64,000 nt of DNA from Octopus vulgaris (GCA_951406725.2 OX597817.1:165726001-165790000); one strand, 5' to 3'. Positions 27,386-41,831 are shown, counted from the stretch's first letter. Notes: a model not told the origin generated them from the letters alone. Numbers and translations: made by a program.

Positions 27386-27663
27386 CCTCTTTCAGTTTCT
27401 GTCTACCAAACCCTCTCAAAAGGGTTTACATACATGCATACATATATCTGAAAATAAATACATACATATATATACAATACATATAGGTGTATGTGTATAA
27501 ACACACACGCACACATTCACGAATAAATATCTTCGTGTGTGTGTGTGTGTGTGTGTACATCTGTGTGAGTGTGTGTGTGGATATAGATAGTGTATATACT
27601 TATGTTAACGTATATGCATATATATATATGTTAAATGTGGGTATACATACATATATGTATGTA

Positions 27664-27730
<67 letters not shown>

Positions 27731-28258
27731 ATACGCATTCACACACGCACACGTGCATACACACATCATAATAATGCATGAATGATCGAGCGTTCTCATG
27801 AGCGCTCCATTTCCCAGAAAAGCAATATTAATCAAGTTACCCTGAAATTACACTATAGATAACTTTATCGTAGATTAATCTATAATGATTTGATGGGATT
27901 GTCACAACTGGAATATTTTTGCACGAGAATTCACTCGACTAGTGAAAATTTTAAATCTAAGGAACAACATGCCCTAATAAAAATTGTTGTCGTTGTTATT
28001 GGTTGTTCTTTTCCGAGCCATACCTGGCTCATAAGGGCCGTTTTCTCAACCCTCCAGTACCCACCTGGTACTTATTTTATCGAACCCGAAGTCGAACCCG
28101 GCAGCATTTGAACTCAGAACGCAAAGTTGGAAGCAATACACCAAGCACTGTTTCCGGCGCGATAACGATTCTGCCAGTTCGCCGCCTTCATGTCGGGTTA
28201 CAATAAAAACAATTTTTTTCATTAAACTTCAGGATTACCCAATACATTTTGTAGAGCA

Positions 28259-28295
<37 letters not shown>

Positions 28296-28932
28296 TTTTT
28301 TTTTTTTTTTTAACAAGGATAGTTTCAGCCTGATTAGCCAATAGCACAAACACACACTCAGCAGGCTTTCCAACAGTTTCCATCTATCGAAATTTTCTCG
28401 CAACCTATTGGTCGAGCCGTGTCTGTCTGTACTAGAGGAGACTTTCCCGAGGTGCTACACAGCGGTAGCGAACGTGAAACTACGTTGTTGCAAAGCGAGT
28501 TTCTTAACTACACAGCCAAGCCTGCACTTATCAAAAATGTTCTTTTATTAAATTCTTTCTGAAAACATTTGTACAAACAAAATTATTTCCATTAAAGATA
28601 ATGGATAATGACTACGTCATACCAAAATATATAATTTCTCCCCACACCTACGCATTCAGAAATACAGAAATACACATACCTACATACATACATACATACA
28701 TACATACATACATACATACATACATACATACACATACATATACATACACACTGATTCAGCTCTTTTCACCTAGATAGTATAGTTAGTTGTTTGGATGTAC
28801 AAAAATAAATGATTTCTCAACCGCAATACCGCCACCGATAACAATATAATTACGAGTTGCATTCTCGTGACTGCTCAATTTACACGAAATAACCACTAAA
28901 TCTTCCTAGCATCAAAAATTGCAGTCTACAAA

Positions 28933-29330
28933 TCTTTATATATAAAAGTGAAGTTGTGTGTGTCTGTCTCCTACGATTTAGATTCCTAACTACTCCCACA
29001 TTTTTCGGTGCAGTGTAACCAAAAGCGGGTATCTTATAGTCGTGATTCATATCGAGCCCTTATGGGTATTAGCGCGCGTCTACGATGAGTTTAAGATTAT
29101 AAAAAAAAATTTCCATCATTTTTCCCCATTTTTAATGCATTTTGTTGCTATTATATAAGGGAAGTGACTCTCTAAAAATGTATTATTAAATCTCAGAACG
29201 TAAAAAGCTACAGTAACACCCCCCCTTTGAGGTTAGCCATATTGAGATGGCTATTATACTTTACATCTCTAAAAATGCTTATATAGTTATTTATCTTACA
29301 AACCCGAGCAACGCCGGGCGATACTGCTAG
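28933..29330 (+). mobile_element. Non-autonomous Helitron
   Basis: A|TCTTTATATATAAAAG start, subterminal hairpin cccgagcaacgccggg, and CTAG|T end. Confidence 0.85.
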
Positions 29331-29391
29331 TAACATATAAAAGAAATGACATATCGAATAATGAGTGAAAATATGACAGAACTGTCGTATA

Positions 29392-29585
29392 CTCTTTATT
29401 CTTTACTCTTTTACTTGTTTTAGTCATTTGACTGTGACCTTTAGTCGAGCAAATCGACCCCCAGGATTTATTTTTTTGCAAGCCTAGTACTTATTCTATC
29501 GGTCTCTATTGCCGAACCGTTAAATGACGGGGACGTAAACACACCAGCATCGGTTGTCAAGCGATGTTGGGGGGACAAACACAAA

Positions 29586-29639
<54 letters not shown>

Positions 29640-29812
29640 CATACATATATACGACGGACTTCTTTCAGTTTCCGTCTACCAAATCCGCTCACAAGGCTTT
29701 GATCGGCCCGAGGCTATAGTAGAAGACACTTGCCCAAGATGCCACGCAGTGGGACTGAACCCGGAACCATGAGGTCGGTAAGCAAGCTACTTACCACACA
29801 GCCACTCCTACG
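29392..29812 (-). mobile_element. SINE family A
   Basis: Collinear with 8572-8997, with a small internal deletion. Confidence 0.87.
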
Positions 29813-30465
29813 TATTTGGATTTCGACCACAGTTCTGCTCAGCCAAAGCAGATTCGAGTATAAAGAACAAAAACAACCTAACAATATAATGCTGTCTCCA
29901 CGGAACTTTTGTTTATCTCGTTCTCTTCTTCACTGGAATTCTTTTAAGGGCCCTTTCTTGAAACGATGAGTTGTTTTCCTATTTCTTCCTCGCATCGTTA
30001 AAGTAATATCTATACTGTGTCAAACAGTACAGATCTTTTATCTTTGTTCATCATCTTTAACGTGTTGCAGTCATTAGGCTGCGGCCATGCTGGGGCTCAA
30101 CCTAGATGGATTTTAGTTGAACGAACACTTAGTTCATACTTAATTTAAGCTTCGTACATATATTTCGATATATGCCCTTCGTCGAAGCGCTAAGTTATGG
30201 GGACGTAAATACACCATCACCGGCTGTCAGGCAGCTATACGGAACAAATATATAGACATAAAAACACACAAAAATACAAAGACACACACATACACTTATA
30301 CACATATATACGACGGACTTCTTTCAGTTCTCATTTACTAAACCTACTCACAATGCTTTGGTGACCCCAAGGCTATAGAAGAAAGAAAAACGCCCAAAGT
30401 GTCACACAATGGGACTGAACCCAGAACCATGTAGTTGGGAAACAATCATCTTACTACACAGCCAT

Positions 30466-30515
<50 letters not shown>

Positions 30516-31143
30516 CCACGCCTATTTTCTTTGCGCAGAACAAGGGAAGTGTGACGAGGAAGTTGCATCCGGGTGCAGATATAAAGTGACTCAGAATTTC
30601 CTGTATATTTATCTCTTAATTAAGGTGGGGCTATCAATAACGATTTTGTCCCCAGGTGCTGAAAAAGATCGCTTAACGCACCACCAATATGTGGGTTCCT
30701 ATTTTTCTTTCCTTTAATTTTTCTTTTATATTCCTAGTTATACTTTTGCTTTGTTGTATCATCAACCTGATTTTTGTTTTTCACCGAAATGGTAAGCATA
30801 ATTCGACCACAATTCTGCTCAATCAAAGCAGATTCGAGTATAAAGAGCTAAAACAAACATAACATAATACTGTCTCCACAGAACTTTCGTTTTTTCTTTT
30901 TTCAAAAACGACGGGTAATTGTAGTATTTTAAATATAAATATGGATGGTAAATCAAATTAATACGCTTGTCAGTGCTCACATACATTCACATACTTCCTT
31001 TGTACACACACACACACATGCACACATATATTTACACAGAGTTGAAACGCTGTTTGATTTTTCATTTCAGCGTTGAATGTTCACCATCTCACCAGTTTGC
31101 CATCATCCCTTCTTTTCTTATTCATCTATCACCCCTGGTGAGT

Positions 31144-31478
31144 GAAGGCGCTTGGCTCAGTGGTTAGAGCATCGATCTTACGATCGTGAGGCTGAGTTCG
31201 AATCCCGGACCGGGCTGCGTGTTGTGTTCTTGAGCAAGACACTTTATTTCACGTTGCTTCAGTTCACTCAGCTGTAGAAATGAGATGCGACGTCACAGGT
31301 GCCAAGCTGTATCGGCCTTTGCCTTTCCCTTGGATAACACTGGTGGCATGGAGAAGGGAGGCTGGTATGCATGGGTGACTGCTATTCTTCCATAAACAAC
31401 ATTGCCCGGACTTGTGCCTGGGAGGGAAACTTTCTAGGTGCAATCCCACGGTTAGTCATGCATGACCGAAGGGATTCT
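31144..31478 (+). mobile_element. tRNA-derived SINE related to family D
   Basis: gaaggcgcttggctcagtggttagagc...gagttcgaatccc...ttgtgttcttgagcaagacactttatttcacgttgc. Confidence 0.75.
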
Positions 31479-31834
31479 CAATCACCCCTTCCTTTCTCAT
31501 TCATATGTTGTGACGGAGAAAAACACAAGAGTAGATGCTTTGGATCTCTACATATAAACGCCTCTACATTGTTGTTACCATAGTTCTTATTCACAGAGAA
31601 CATGAGACAATCAGGGGGATAGAGAGAAGGAAGGGAGAGAGGGAGGGAGGGAGAAAGAGGATGAGACAGGGACGTGGTTTAAAAATTTCGCTTTGAGACC
31701 ACGTAATTCTCATGTAAATCACTTTGTAAATGTTAAATGTGATTCGTAAAAAAAAAAAATAATAAAATGTCTGCTGTTTCTAGCAATTTTAGGAACCACA
31801 TAAAAGCTGTTCCTACCCCTCGTTGGTTCATAGA

Positions 31835-31865
<31 letters not shown>

Positions 31866-32131
31866 GATGATGTTGGAGGTGGTAGTGGTGGGATGTCTTG
31901 ACATTTCTCATTGTAATAAAGGATTGATAAGGGAAAAATGATATACATCAGACAGATGATTAAAATGTCTTGTTCTCCTTAAAGAAGAGAAACGAAGAAG
32001 CAGAAATTAGACTACACGTACGCACGCGCGTACACACACATACACACACGCACGCACGCATACATACATACATTCATGAAAAGGAAAAACACTGCCGAAG
32101 ACGAAAAATAATTATATATACATACATACAT

Positions 32132-32170
<39 letters not shown>

Positions 32171-32174
32171 GTAC

Positions 32175-32211
<37 letters not shown>

Positions 32212-32212
32212 C

Positions 32213-32243
<31 letters not shown>

Positions 32244-32261
32244 ATGTACATATATATATAC

Positions 32262-32292
<31 letters not shown>

Positions 32293-32327
32293 ATGTACAT
32301 ATATATACATATATATATATATATGTA

Positions 32328-32399
<72 letters not shown>

Positions 32400-32415
32400 A
32401 TGTACATATATATAT

Positions 32416-32455
<40 letters not shown>

Positions 32456-32876
32456 GTAATGTACATTATATATATATATATATATATACAATAAACATGT
32501 CTACACACAAACACACATACAATATATATATATATACACGCTACACGCATGCATGTGTATATGTTTGCATATGTATGTGTATACGCATATATGTATAGAC
32601 GTACAAATATATATTAGCGCACACACATTTGTATATATATACATACGCATATATCAATATACACTAGGATGTACGTATATGCGTACAATGCATGTATATG
32701 TAATTTACCTCAAAGTATCATTTACAGTCATTTTAATAAGTTTAGATAAAAAGCGGAGTCTGACATTGTTAGAGAAATAAGCTTTTGGCTCAGCGGTAGT
32801 ATAAGCTGTGTGTTGTCAAAGAGCAAAAGAAGAAAAACAGGTGTTGCTGCACATACTTACTTATATATAAAACATC

Positions 32877-32921
<45 letters not shown>

Positions 32922-33017
32922 CTTTCTAGTCTGTGCTGGAAACCGATGTAACAAAGAGAAAATGGCTCGACCGACATTTATAAAATAAAGTTTTCCTCTC
33001 GACCTAACGAAGGAACC

Positions 33018-33249
33018 TATTTCTTTATTACCCACAAGGGGCTAAACATAGAGGGGACAAACAAGGACAGACATAGGTATTAAGTCGATTACATCGACCC
33101 CAGTGCGTAACTGGTACTTTAATTTATCGACCACGAAAGGATGAAAGGCAAAGTCGACCTCGGCGGAATTTGAACTCAGAACGTAACGGCAGACGAAATA
33201 CCGCAAAGCATTTCGCTCGGCGTGCTAACGTTTCTGCCAGCTCGCCGCT
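33018..33249 (-). mobile_element. SINE family B
   Basis: Reverse complement of the 54629-54859 copy. Confidence 0.9.
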
Positions 33250-33294
33250 TGATGCCCGTTCGACCTGACAAATATAGCTAGGGAGAGAAAATAT

Positions 33295-33661
33295 CTAGAC
33301 CATTTTTTTTCTATCAATAGAACCCTTTGATTATTATTTTATTCTGGTGGATCCCTATACCCATTTTATGTTTAAGAACTAGTTTTATTAAGGCTCCTTT
33401 CAAAATCCCTATTTTGCTTGTTATTCACTAACTTGAACTATTTTGCTTGTTATTCACTAACTTGAACTATGTAACATGTTAGAGAAAGAAACCTAGCTGT
33501 TTCTTGAAATACATACCAATACATATATCTAAAGTAAAACTTTTTCAGGGGCCCTAAAAGTAAAATTATAGGTCTCCAGTTTACTATTTGGTGGCATGGA
33601 CCCCAAATATCTTATATGGATGGCCTTCAGGAGCCACATGGGCCTCGGTTGAGAACCACTG
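33295..33661. mobile_element. Degenerate hAT-like MITE
   Basis: Ends ggttgagaaccactg, a CAGTGGTTCTCAAC-type TIR. The internal sequence is homologous to ~39830-40136. Confidence 0.55.
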
Positions 33662-33824
33662 TCTTTGAAGTGAGGAAAGGGCACATAGGCACGTTTTGGA
33701 CAATATATTTCGTTCACTTACAAAAATATGTGTCTTTCAAGACAATTATTTAGGTCTTACTAGAAGTATCATACCTCGAAATTTCAGTCATTTCTCCAAG
33801 TGTGTACGTACGTATGAAGGTATT

Positions 33825-33889
<65 letters not shown>

Positions 33890-33943
33890 GTACATATATA
33901 AATACCTTCATACGTACAGACATACACACACAGACACACACAC

Positions 33944-33989
<46 letters not shown>

Positions 33990-33992
<3 letters not shown>

Positions 33993-34152
33993 CGCAGGAG
34001 TGGGGGTGTGGTAATTAGCTTGCTAACCAACCACATGGTTCCGGGTTCAGTCCCACTGCGGGGCATCTTGGGCAAGTGTCTTCTACTATAGCCTCGGGCC
34101 GACCAAAGCCTTGTTAGTGGATTTGGTAGACGGAAACTGAAAGAAGCCCGTC

Positions 34153-34155
<3 letters not shown>
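33990..34155 (+). mobile_element. SINE family A, 5' half
   Basis: aggcgcaggagtgggggtgtgg...gaaagaagcccgtcg, lying between TA tracts. Confidence 0.85.
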
Positions 34156-34206
<51 letters not shown>

Positions 34207-34302
34207 GCTTAGAGAAGAAGAAACGAAACGAAACGAAACGAATCGAATCGACGTGAGGACGCTCAGTCATACAATAGTGTATATATATATATACATACAA
34301 TA

Positions 34303-34378
<76 letters not shown>

Positions 34379-34692
34379 TGTATCTTTATATTTATATCTG
34401 TATACATATATATGATGTATACCAATGGACTCCTACGTAGATTTCGACATATAAGGAGCCAACAGTGGAATAAATTTCACTTGTAATGATCTCAAGTTCC
34501 TTGTGAAACGCTAATCCACCGAGTACAGCAGACCGCAATTCTGGGCAGCTGATGGAGCTGTCAGACAAAACGGCTGCTGGGTTAGATGTAGATTTGTGTA
34601 TTCATTTTTTAATTCTCTTAAATGACTGAAACGATTCACTTCCATATTTGCGATGCCTTCATGACAGCTAGCGGTCTCCATTCCGGGCGATC

Positions 34693-34766
<74 letters not shown>

Positions 34767-35259
34767 CGTGTGTGTGTGTGTATTTGTGTTTGTGTGTGTG
34801 TGTGCTCGTGTGTGTGTGTGTGGACACAAACGCACGTAGAAATGTATATATATTTGTGTGTGTGTGTGTGTAGGTAGGTAGGTAGAGGTGTATTTGTGTC
34901 AATATATTATAGGAGGGGCGTGGATGCATAGTAAGAATATTGCTTCCCAACAGCGTGGTTCTGTGTTCGGTTCCAGCGAATGGCAAGTGTTTTCTACTGC
35001 AACTTCGGCCCGACCAAAGCCTTGAATGTTAGGTAGAGGAACCCGAAAGACGCCCTTTTGTTTGTTTGCTTTGTGTGTGTGTGTGTGTGTAATAATAATA
35101 ATAATAATAGTAATAATAATAATAATAATTCCACCGATGTTGGCTTTGCCTTTCATCCTCGCGGGATCGATAAATTAAGTACCAGTGAAACACGGGGTCG
35201 CTGTAATCGACTCATCTCCTCCCTCAAAATGGCTGCCCTTGTGTCAAAAATTTTAAACC

Positions 35260-35304
<45 letters not shown>

Positions 35305-35807
35305 GAAAACAGTTTGATTCGGACCCTTGCTACTTAAAAGTTTTGTAGTCTTTTCACATATATCTCTCGTTTGAGTTAAGTGTTTCGCTTATCGCAGACA
35401 TGTGGATATGGTTCCCGTTATTTTGATATCCCATAATAGTATTATTATGTCGCACAAAAGAAAAAAAAATGGATCCCTGTCCCGATACCGCCATTATTTA
35501 TATAATTTAACATGGCATCACGATCTACTATAGAATTCATTTTTGGCATCTGTTGTCGCTTACAGCTCTAAAACTACTCAAATCGATTAGAATCATACTG
35601 AAGTCATCCTGACTATTCCTTTTTCAGATTTTTGGCCTCCACCCCAGCATTTGTCTGTCCCTCTACTGACTCTGCAACACTCACGATTGTTATTCAACCT
35701 TTAAATCAGAAAGGATTTTTTTCCGAGACAAGTAATCAATTGTTTAACACTTGTGATCATTTCCTTTTTATTCAGACATAGCGTATCTACGATTACTTAA
35801 ACCAACA

Positions 35808-36133
35808 CCATCTCCTGCCGGAGCCTCGTGGAAATTTAGGTGTTTTCGCTCAATAAACACTCACAACGCCCGGTCTGGGAATCGAAACCGCGATCCTACT
35901 GTACTCTTTCACCACAACTTTCTCTCACTCTTACTTCCTGTTTCTGTTGTACCTGTATTTCAAAGGCCGGCCTTGTCACTCTCTGTGTCACGCTGAATAT
36001 CCCCGAGAACTACGTTAAGGGTACACGTGTCTGTGGAGTGCTCAGCCACTTACACGTTAATTTCACGAGCAGGCTGTTCCGTTGATCGGATCAACCGGAA
36101 CCCTCGTCGTCGTAACCGACGGAGTGCTTCCCC
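35808..36133 (+). mobile_element. SINE family C with a 5' inversion and a 13-bp TSD
   Basis: 35808-35898 is an inverted 5' segment and 35899-36133 the forward 3' segment. TSD acttaaaccaaca at 35795-35807 and 36134-36146. Confidence 0.9.
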
Positions 36134-36868
36134 ACTTAAACCAACAACCTATTCCATAAGATTGTAAACCGGAAGAAGACAAATTATCGGCAGACATTTA
36201 TAAGTTTGAGAGAGACCGACCGCGTTAAGAGCTCTGACTGTTATGGCTGCGCACTTTGCTCAGCCTTACTGTGTACCTTTCCTCAAATACAAGTACAAGA
36301 CAATGAGAAATTACTTCTATAGAGTCACTGCATGAAAGCCAATTCTTTAGAGGTACCCTCACAGCAAATATGATTGCTGAAATTTTAATGATAGTAGCTA
36401 CTATAAAAACAACAATAATTTATAAAGGTATAAACGTAATTAATACTTTATTTTCTAAATTTATGAAATATGGAAGTGAAATATGTAGTTCAACCTATAC
36501 AAGTGAATGTGTGGAGAACAAAATAGGAATTTTGAAAGAAGCATCTAAAAAGCTAGTTTTTATACATTGAATGACTATGGTGGTCTACCAGAATAGAATA
36601 GTAATCAAAGGGGTTCATAGATTAAAAACATTTTTTAATGGTTGAGAAACCCTGATTTAAAGCAATTGCTTTTTTCGGTGAAATAGATAGGGATATTGAG
36701 AGATACAAATACTGAAACACAAATGCATGTACACACACACACACAATCTGCGACTACTTGCAAGAATACATACTAAGGATACTTCGTGTATTAGTGGATA
36801 TTTAAAAAGGAATTCACGTTTTTATATGTGAATGCGCGCGTGTGTGTATACTTGTGTGTGTATGTGTA

Positions 36869-36937
<69 letters not shown>

Positions 36938-37104
36938 TGTGTACAGTGCTCAGGTGCACTACAACTCATCTAAAGTGTATATATAATCAGGTGTAGTTTC
37001 GGCGGATTTCGGAAAGCATGAGGGCCTTAAAGGATGCAACACATACACACATTTATACTTGTATGTATGTATGTATATGTACATGTTTGTATCAAATTAA
37101 TATA

Positions 37105-37508
37105 CTCTTTACTCTTTTACTTGTTTCAGTCATTTGACTGCAGCCATGCAGGAGCACCGCCTTTAGTCGAGCAAATCAACCTCAGGACTCATTCTTTGTA
37201 CGCCTAGTACTAATTCTATCGGTCTGTTTTGCCGAACCGCTAAGGTACGGGGGACTTAAACACACCAGCATCGGTTGTCAAGCGATGTTGGGGGTGGGCG
37301 CCAAACACATACACACACACAAATATATATATATACAAATATACATAAAAACGACAGGCTTCTTTCAGTTTCCGTCAACGATATCCACTCACAAGGCTCT
37401 CACAGGCTATAGTAGAAGACACGTTCCCAAGGTGCCATGCCGTGGGACTGAAACCAGAACCATGTGGTTGGTAAGCAAGCTACTTACCACACAGCCACTC
37501 CTACGCCT
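37105..37508 (-). mobile_element. SINE family A
   Basis: Collinear with 8572-8997. Confidence 0.87.
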
Positions 37509-38512
37509 ATATACACATTTTTGTACAAATTTTTGGAATCACTTGCATCCACTTACGTATACACACATACATACATGTTAGACACAACTTGTATATAAAT
37601 GTGTGCGTGTATGTGTGTGTGCACAGAGAGAGAGAAAGAGATAGTAGATAGATAGAGAGAGAGAGAGAAAGAGAGAGAGAGACAGCTATCTGCCAAACAA
37701 CCAAAACAAACGATCATAATCACCACCATCATTCATTCATTCCTTTTCCTACACCCCCACTTACCAGCCTCTTGCAGAGAAGAAGACGCCGGCCATTAAT
37801 GCCAAAAATGGCTGGGCGGCGCCAACATTACAGGAAAACAAAGGAAGCCCTCACGACCAATTAATGCAAGACCAGACCATTTCTGTTAACAACTGGCTGT
37901 CACTTTATGACGGAACCAACACAAAGAATATGAACAAGTCAGCAGCAGTGATGGGAAGAATTCATGCGTATTTGAGGGGGGTGTTGGTGGTGGTGAGAGA
38001 AGTTCGCCGGGGTTGGGGTTAGGTGAAGGGGCTAGTTAATGGAGATAGTAGAACCCCCTCTTCTTTTATGCTGTATTGTTTTAGAATTTAGGTAGTGTAG
38101 GCAGAAAATACAGTCAACCACCCAATTCTTCCACCCCCTACAAAAAAATTTACATCGCACATTGCTCGACGCGCCGCCGCCGTCGCCGCCTTTTGCACAA
38201 ACGTGCGCATGTTTCATGCATTCATTATATATCTTTTATCTTATAATCTATTTTAGGAATTGGAATGCGGCCATGCTGGAGCACCGCCTTGAAGGATTTA
38301 GTCAAAATATATCGAAACCCAGTACTTAAAATTCACACACAGGGCATAGGTCGGCCTGGGATTATAGGAAAAAAAAATAATTGCTTAAGGTGCCTCGCAG
38401 TGGCACTGAACCCAAAATCAAATGGTTGCAAAGCGAGCTGATACACACGCTATATATATATATATATATATACATATATATATACATATATATATACATA
38501 TATATATTCTTT

Positions 38513-38548
<36 letters not shown>

Positions 38549-38591
38549 TTTGGCTGCTATTTCTAAAGTTCGGTGTGTGGTGAAGCAAATT

Positions 38592-38638
<47 letters not shown>

Positions 38639-38659
38639 CTTTATTTATATGTATTCTTT

Positions 38660-39038
38660 TATTCTTTACTTGTTTCCGTTATTTGACTGCAGCCATGCCG
38701 GAGCACCGCCTTGAAAACTTTTAATCTAACAAATCGACCCCAGGATTATTTTTTAATGCCTAGTACTTAATCTGTCGGTCTCTTTTGCCGAACCACTATT
38801 TGACGGGATCTTAAACACACCAACACCGGCTATCAAACACAGACATAAGCACATAGATATACATAAATATAGACATATACAACGAGATTCTTTCAGTTTC
38901 CCTCTACAAAATCCATTCACAAGGCTTTGGCCAGCTCGAGGCGATAGTAGAATACACTTGTCCAAGATGCCTCGCATTGGGACTAAACCCAGAACCATGC
39001 GGCTGGGAAGCAAGCTTCTTATCACACAGCCATGCCTA
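38660..39038 (-). mobile_element. SINE family A (diverged)
   Basis: Recognisable tail, core and head motifs. Confidence 0.8.
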
Positions 39039-39829
39039 TATATATTAACACAAGCACATTTCCTATGACACGTTTGTGTGAACAATAGTGTCGCTTGTTA
39101 AACGTTTCCAGTGAGTCGATTACGGATTTATTGTATTCTTGCAGAGGAGAGCGACAAGATTTTTGTGTATTCAGCATCTGAAATCCTGCATTTGGTCATA
39201 CGATATGGGCGTTTGTTCCAAACTTTGATAGTCGTGTATAAGAAGGTTCATGCCCTGAATTGCGGGTCCCCTGCATCGGGTGTTGAGAGGCCGTGCACAG
39301 GCGCTTTTTTTTTTCTCTCTTTTTATGATGCGGTGGCATTAACATTTCCCTGGGAAACTGTTGCTGCCTTATGTGTTGTAAGCCGATGATAACTGTTTGT
39401 GTTTGTTCGCATCTTTTCCTTAAACTGTAATAACCCGAAAACAATAATACCAATCCTATCCTATGATGTGTCGCGGGCTTTTAGGTGACACGCGATGAAT
39501 TTTGATAAAGAATAAAAGAAAAATGAAAAAGTATTCTCTGCAATATATCATGTTGTTAAAAGGCTCGTCTATAAAAATTTGTGTGTATTCAGAGACACTC
39601 ACGCAGATACGTTTTCTCTTCCGCTTTTTTCAGACTTTGGAGTGCGGTGAAGCTGAGGCATCGTCCTCATCATTTATATTTTACTAGTTTTAGTCATTAG
39701 ATTGCGGCCATGCTGGGGCACAGCCTTCAGCAACTTCTTTAGTCGAATGACTGGTACTTCTAACCTTCCATTTTGCCGAACCGTAAAGTTACGGGGGTCA
39801 TAAACACACCAACAGCATAATTTAAATCA

Positions 39830-40136
39830 AGAGTTATCAACCATTTAAAAAAAATCTATAGATCCCTTTTAGTTACTATTTTATTCTATCAAAATTCCTA
39901 TTTTGTTTCTCACACATTAACTTGTGTAGGCTGAACTATGTAAAATGTCAGAGAAAGAAGCCTGGCTGTTTCTTGCAATGCATACCGATACATACATCTA
40001 AAGCAAAATTCGTTCAGGGGCTCTTAAAAGACTATTGATGATCTCTAGATTACCAGTTTACTATTTTATTATCTGGGCTTCGTAAAATCTTATATGGACC
40101 CTCAGGTGTCATACAAACCATCGCTGAGAACTATTG
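39830..40136. mobile_element. Degenerate hAT-like MITE (second copy)
   Basis: Shares gaactatgtaa...agagaaagaa.cct.gctgtttcttg.aat.catacc with 33295-33661. Confidence 0.5.
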
Positions 40137-40549
40137 ATTTAGACTCAGAATATAAAACGCTAGAACCAGTGCTGTAAGATAGTTTGGCGGATTCTACCAA
40201 TCCTCTGTTATAGAACTCACTGAAGAATCTCAGCAAAAGCAATTTCTCTGTTGGCAAGACGAACACAGTTAAGTTGGATGCAGTCTGGGCTATTAATGTG
40301 CATCAGCCACAATTGTTTCAACATTGCATGTGTATGTATGTGTATGTGTGTGTACGTGTGAATGTGTATGCGCGCGCGCGCGTGTGTGTGTATGTGTGTG
40401 TGTGTGTGTGTGTGCTCGTGTCGTCTGTTTCTCTAGTTAGATCTTATAGACAGACCGGGAGCCTCAGAAACTCGAACACATCTACATTATGACCTAAACT
40501 TCTCCACGCTTCTTAAACAGCTATGACTATTGTAAACGTTACGAGTAAT

Positions 40550-40601
<52 letters not shown>

Positions 40602-41794
40602 TATATAAATAACTTATCGCAGACAACAAATATTTCAATATAACAAAAGTAGAAACAGCAACAACAACATAAATAATAATAACCACAGAAACGTTACCAT
40701 CATCATCTTCATCATCAATTGTACAAACAATAGAAAAAAAAATGGGAAAAAAAGACATCAACAACCAACAACATACAGACGGCCATGAAACGAAGAGAAA
40801 GGCCATGAATGAAAGGCAGAGGAAAATATAGCAATTAGAATAAGATAAGAAATACATAAATTCTGATGGAGATGTGAAAAGATGATAGTAGCAGGTGGAG
40901 GATGAAGAGAGTGGGGAGACGGGGAGAGAGAGAGAGGGGGGAGAGGGAGTGGAAGAGAGAGGAAGAAGAAAAGAAGTAATGTGCGACAGATGAAAGCCGA
41001 AAAGATGATGGAACCAAGAACTTGGAACAAATTATTTTCTTTGTCAAACGAAATTGTTTGTTTGTTTGCTTGTGTGTGTGTGCTTGAGTGTGAATGTGTG
41101 TGTATGTATGTATGTGTGTGTGTTTTGTTTCTGTGTGATGTTTTTGTTGTTGTTTTTTTTTAACCCCAGGTCGGCGTTGTGCCAGCAGATCTATGATCGA
41201 CAGACTTTCCAGTGTAGTCTGCCGTTACGTTCTGAGTTCAAATTCCGCCGAGGTCGACTTTGCCTTTCATCCTTTCGGGGTCGATAAATAAAAGTACCGG
41301 TTTCGCACTGGGGTCGATGTAATCGACTTAATCCTTTTGTTTGTCCTCTCTATGTTTAGCCCCTTGTGGGCAATAAAGAAATATAATACTTCACTGTCTA
41401 TGCTGTGGCCTCCTTCTTTCGCTGCCGCTTAGTCCCTGGTCATCACTGCTCCAGCCGACTTTTGACCAAATCCATATGCGGCCATCACGTCTTTCATCAG
41501 ACAGTTCATTCACGACTAAATCTTATTTATCTACTGCAACCCCTCTTCGTCAATTCAGAGATGACCCTACAAACTAATACCCAGAGACGTTCCACCCTGT
41601 CATTTTTACTCAGACATAGTGTATCTAGGAATATAAATTTCTATGCATTTCCTCCTTTTTAAAATAGATCAGTAGTGTGCGATTCTGCATAAGATTTTAC
41701 TGCTATTTCTAGCGTGTCAAGCGACTGTGTAAAGCCTGCCTTATTAGCACGTTACTCTCATGTTTCTCTCTGTGTGTATAGTATATATAAGACT

Positions 41795-41831
<37 letters not shown>

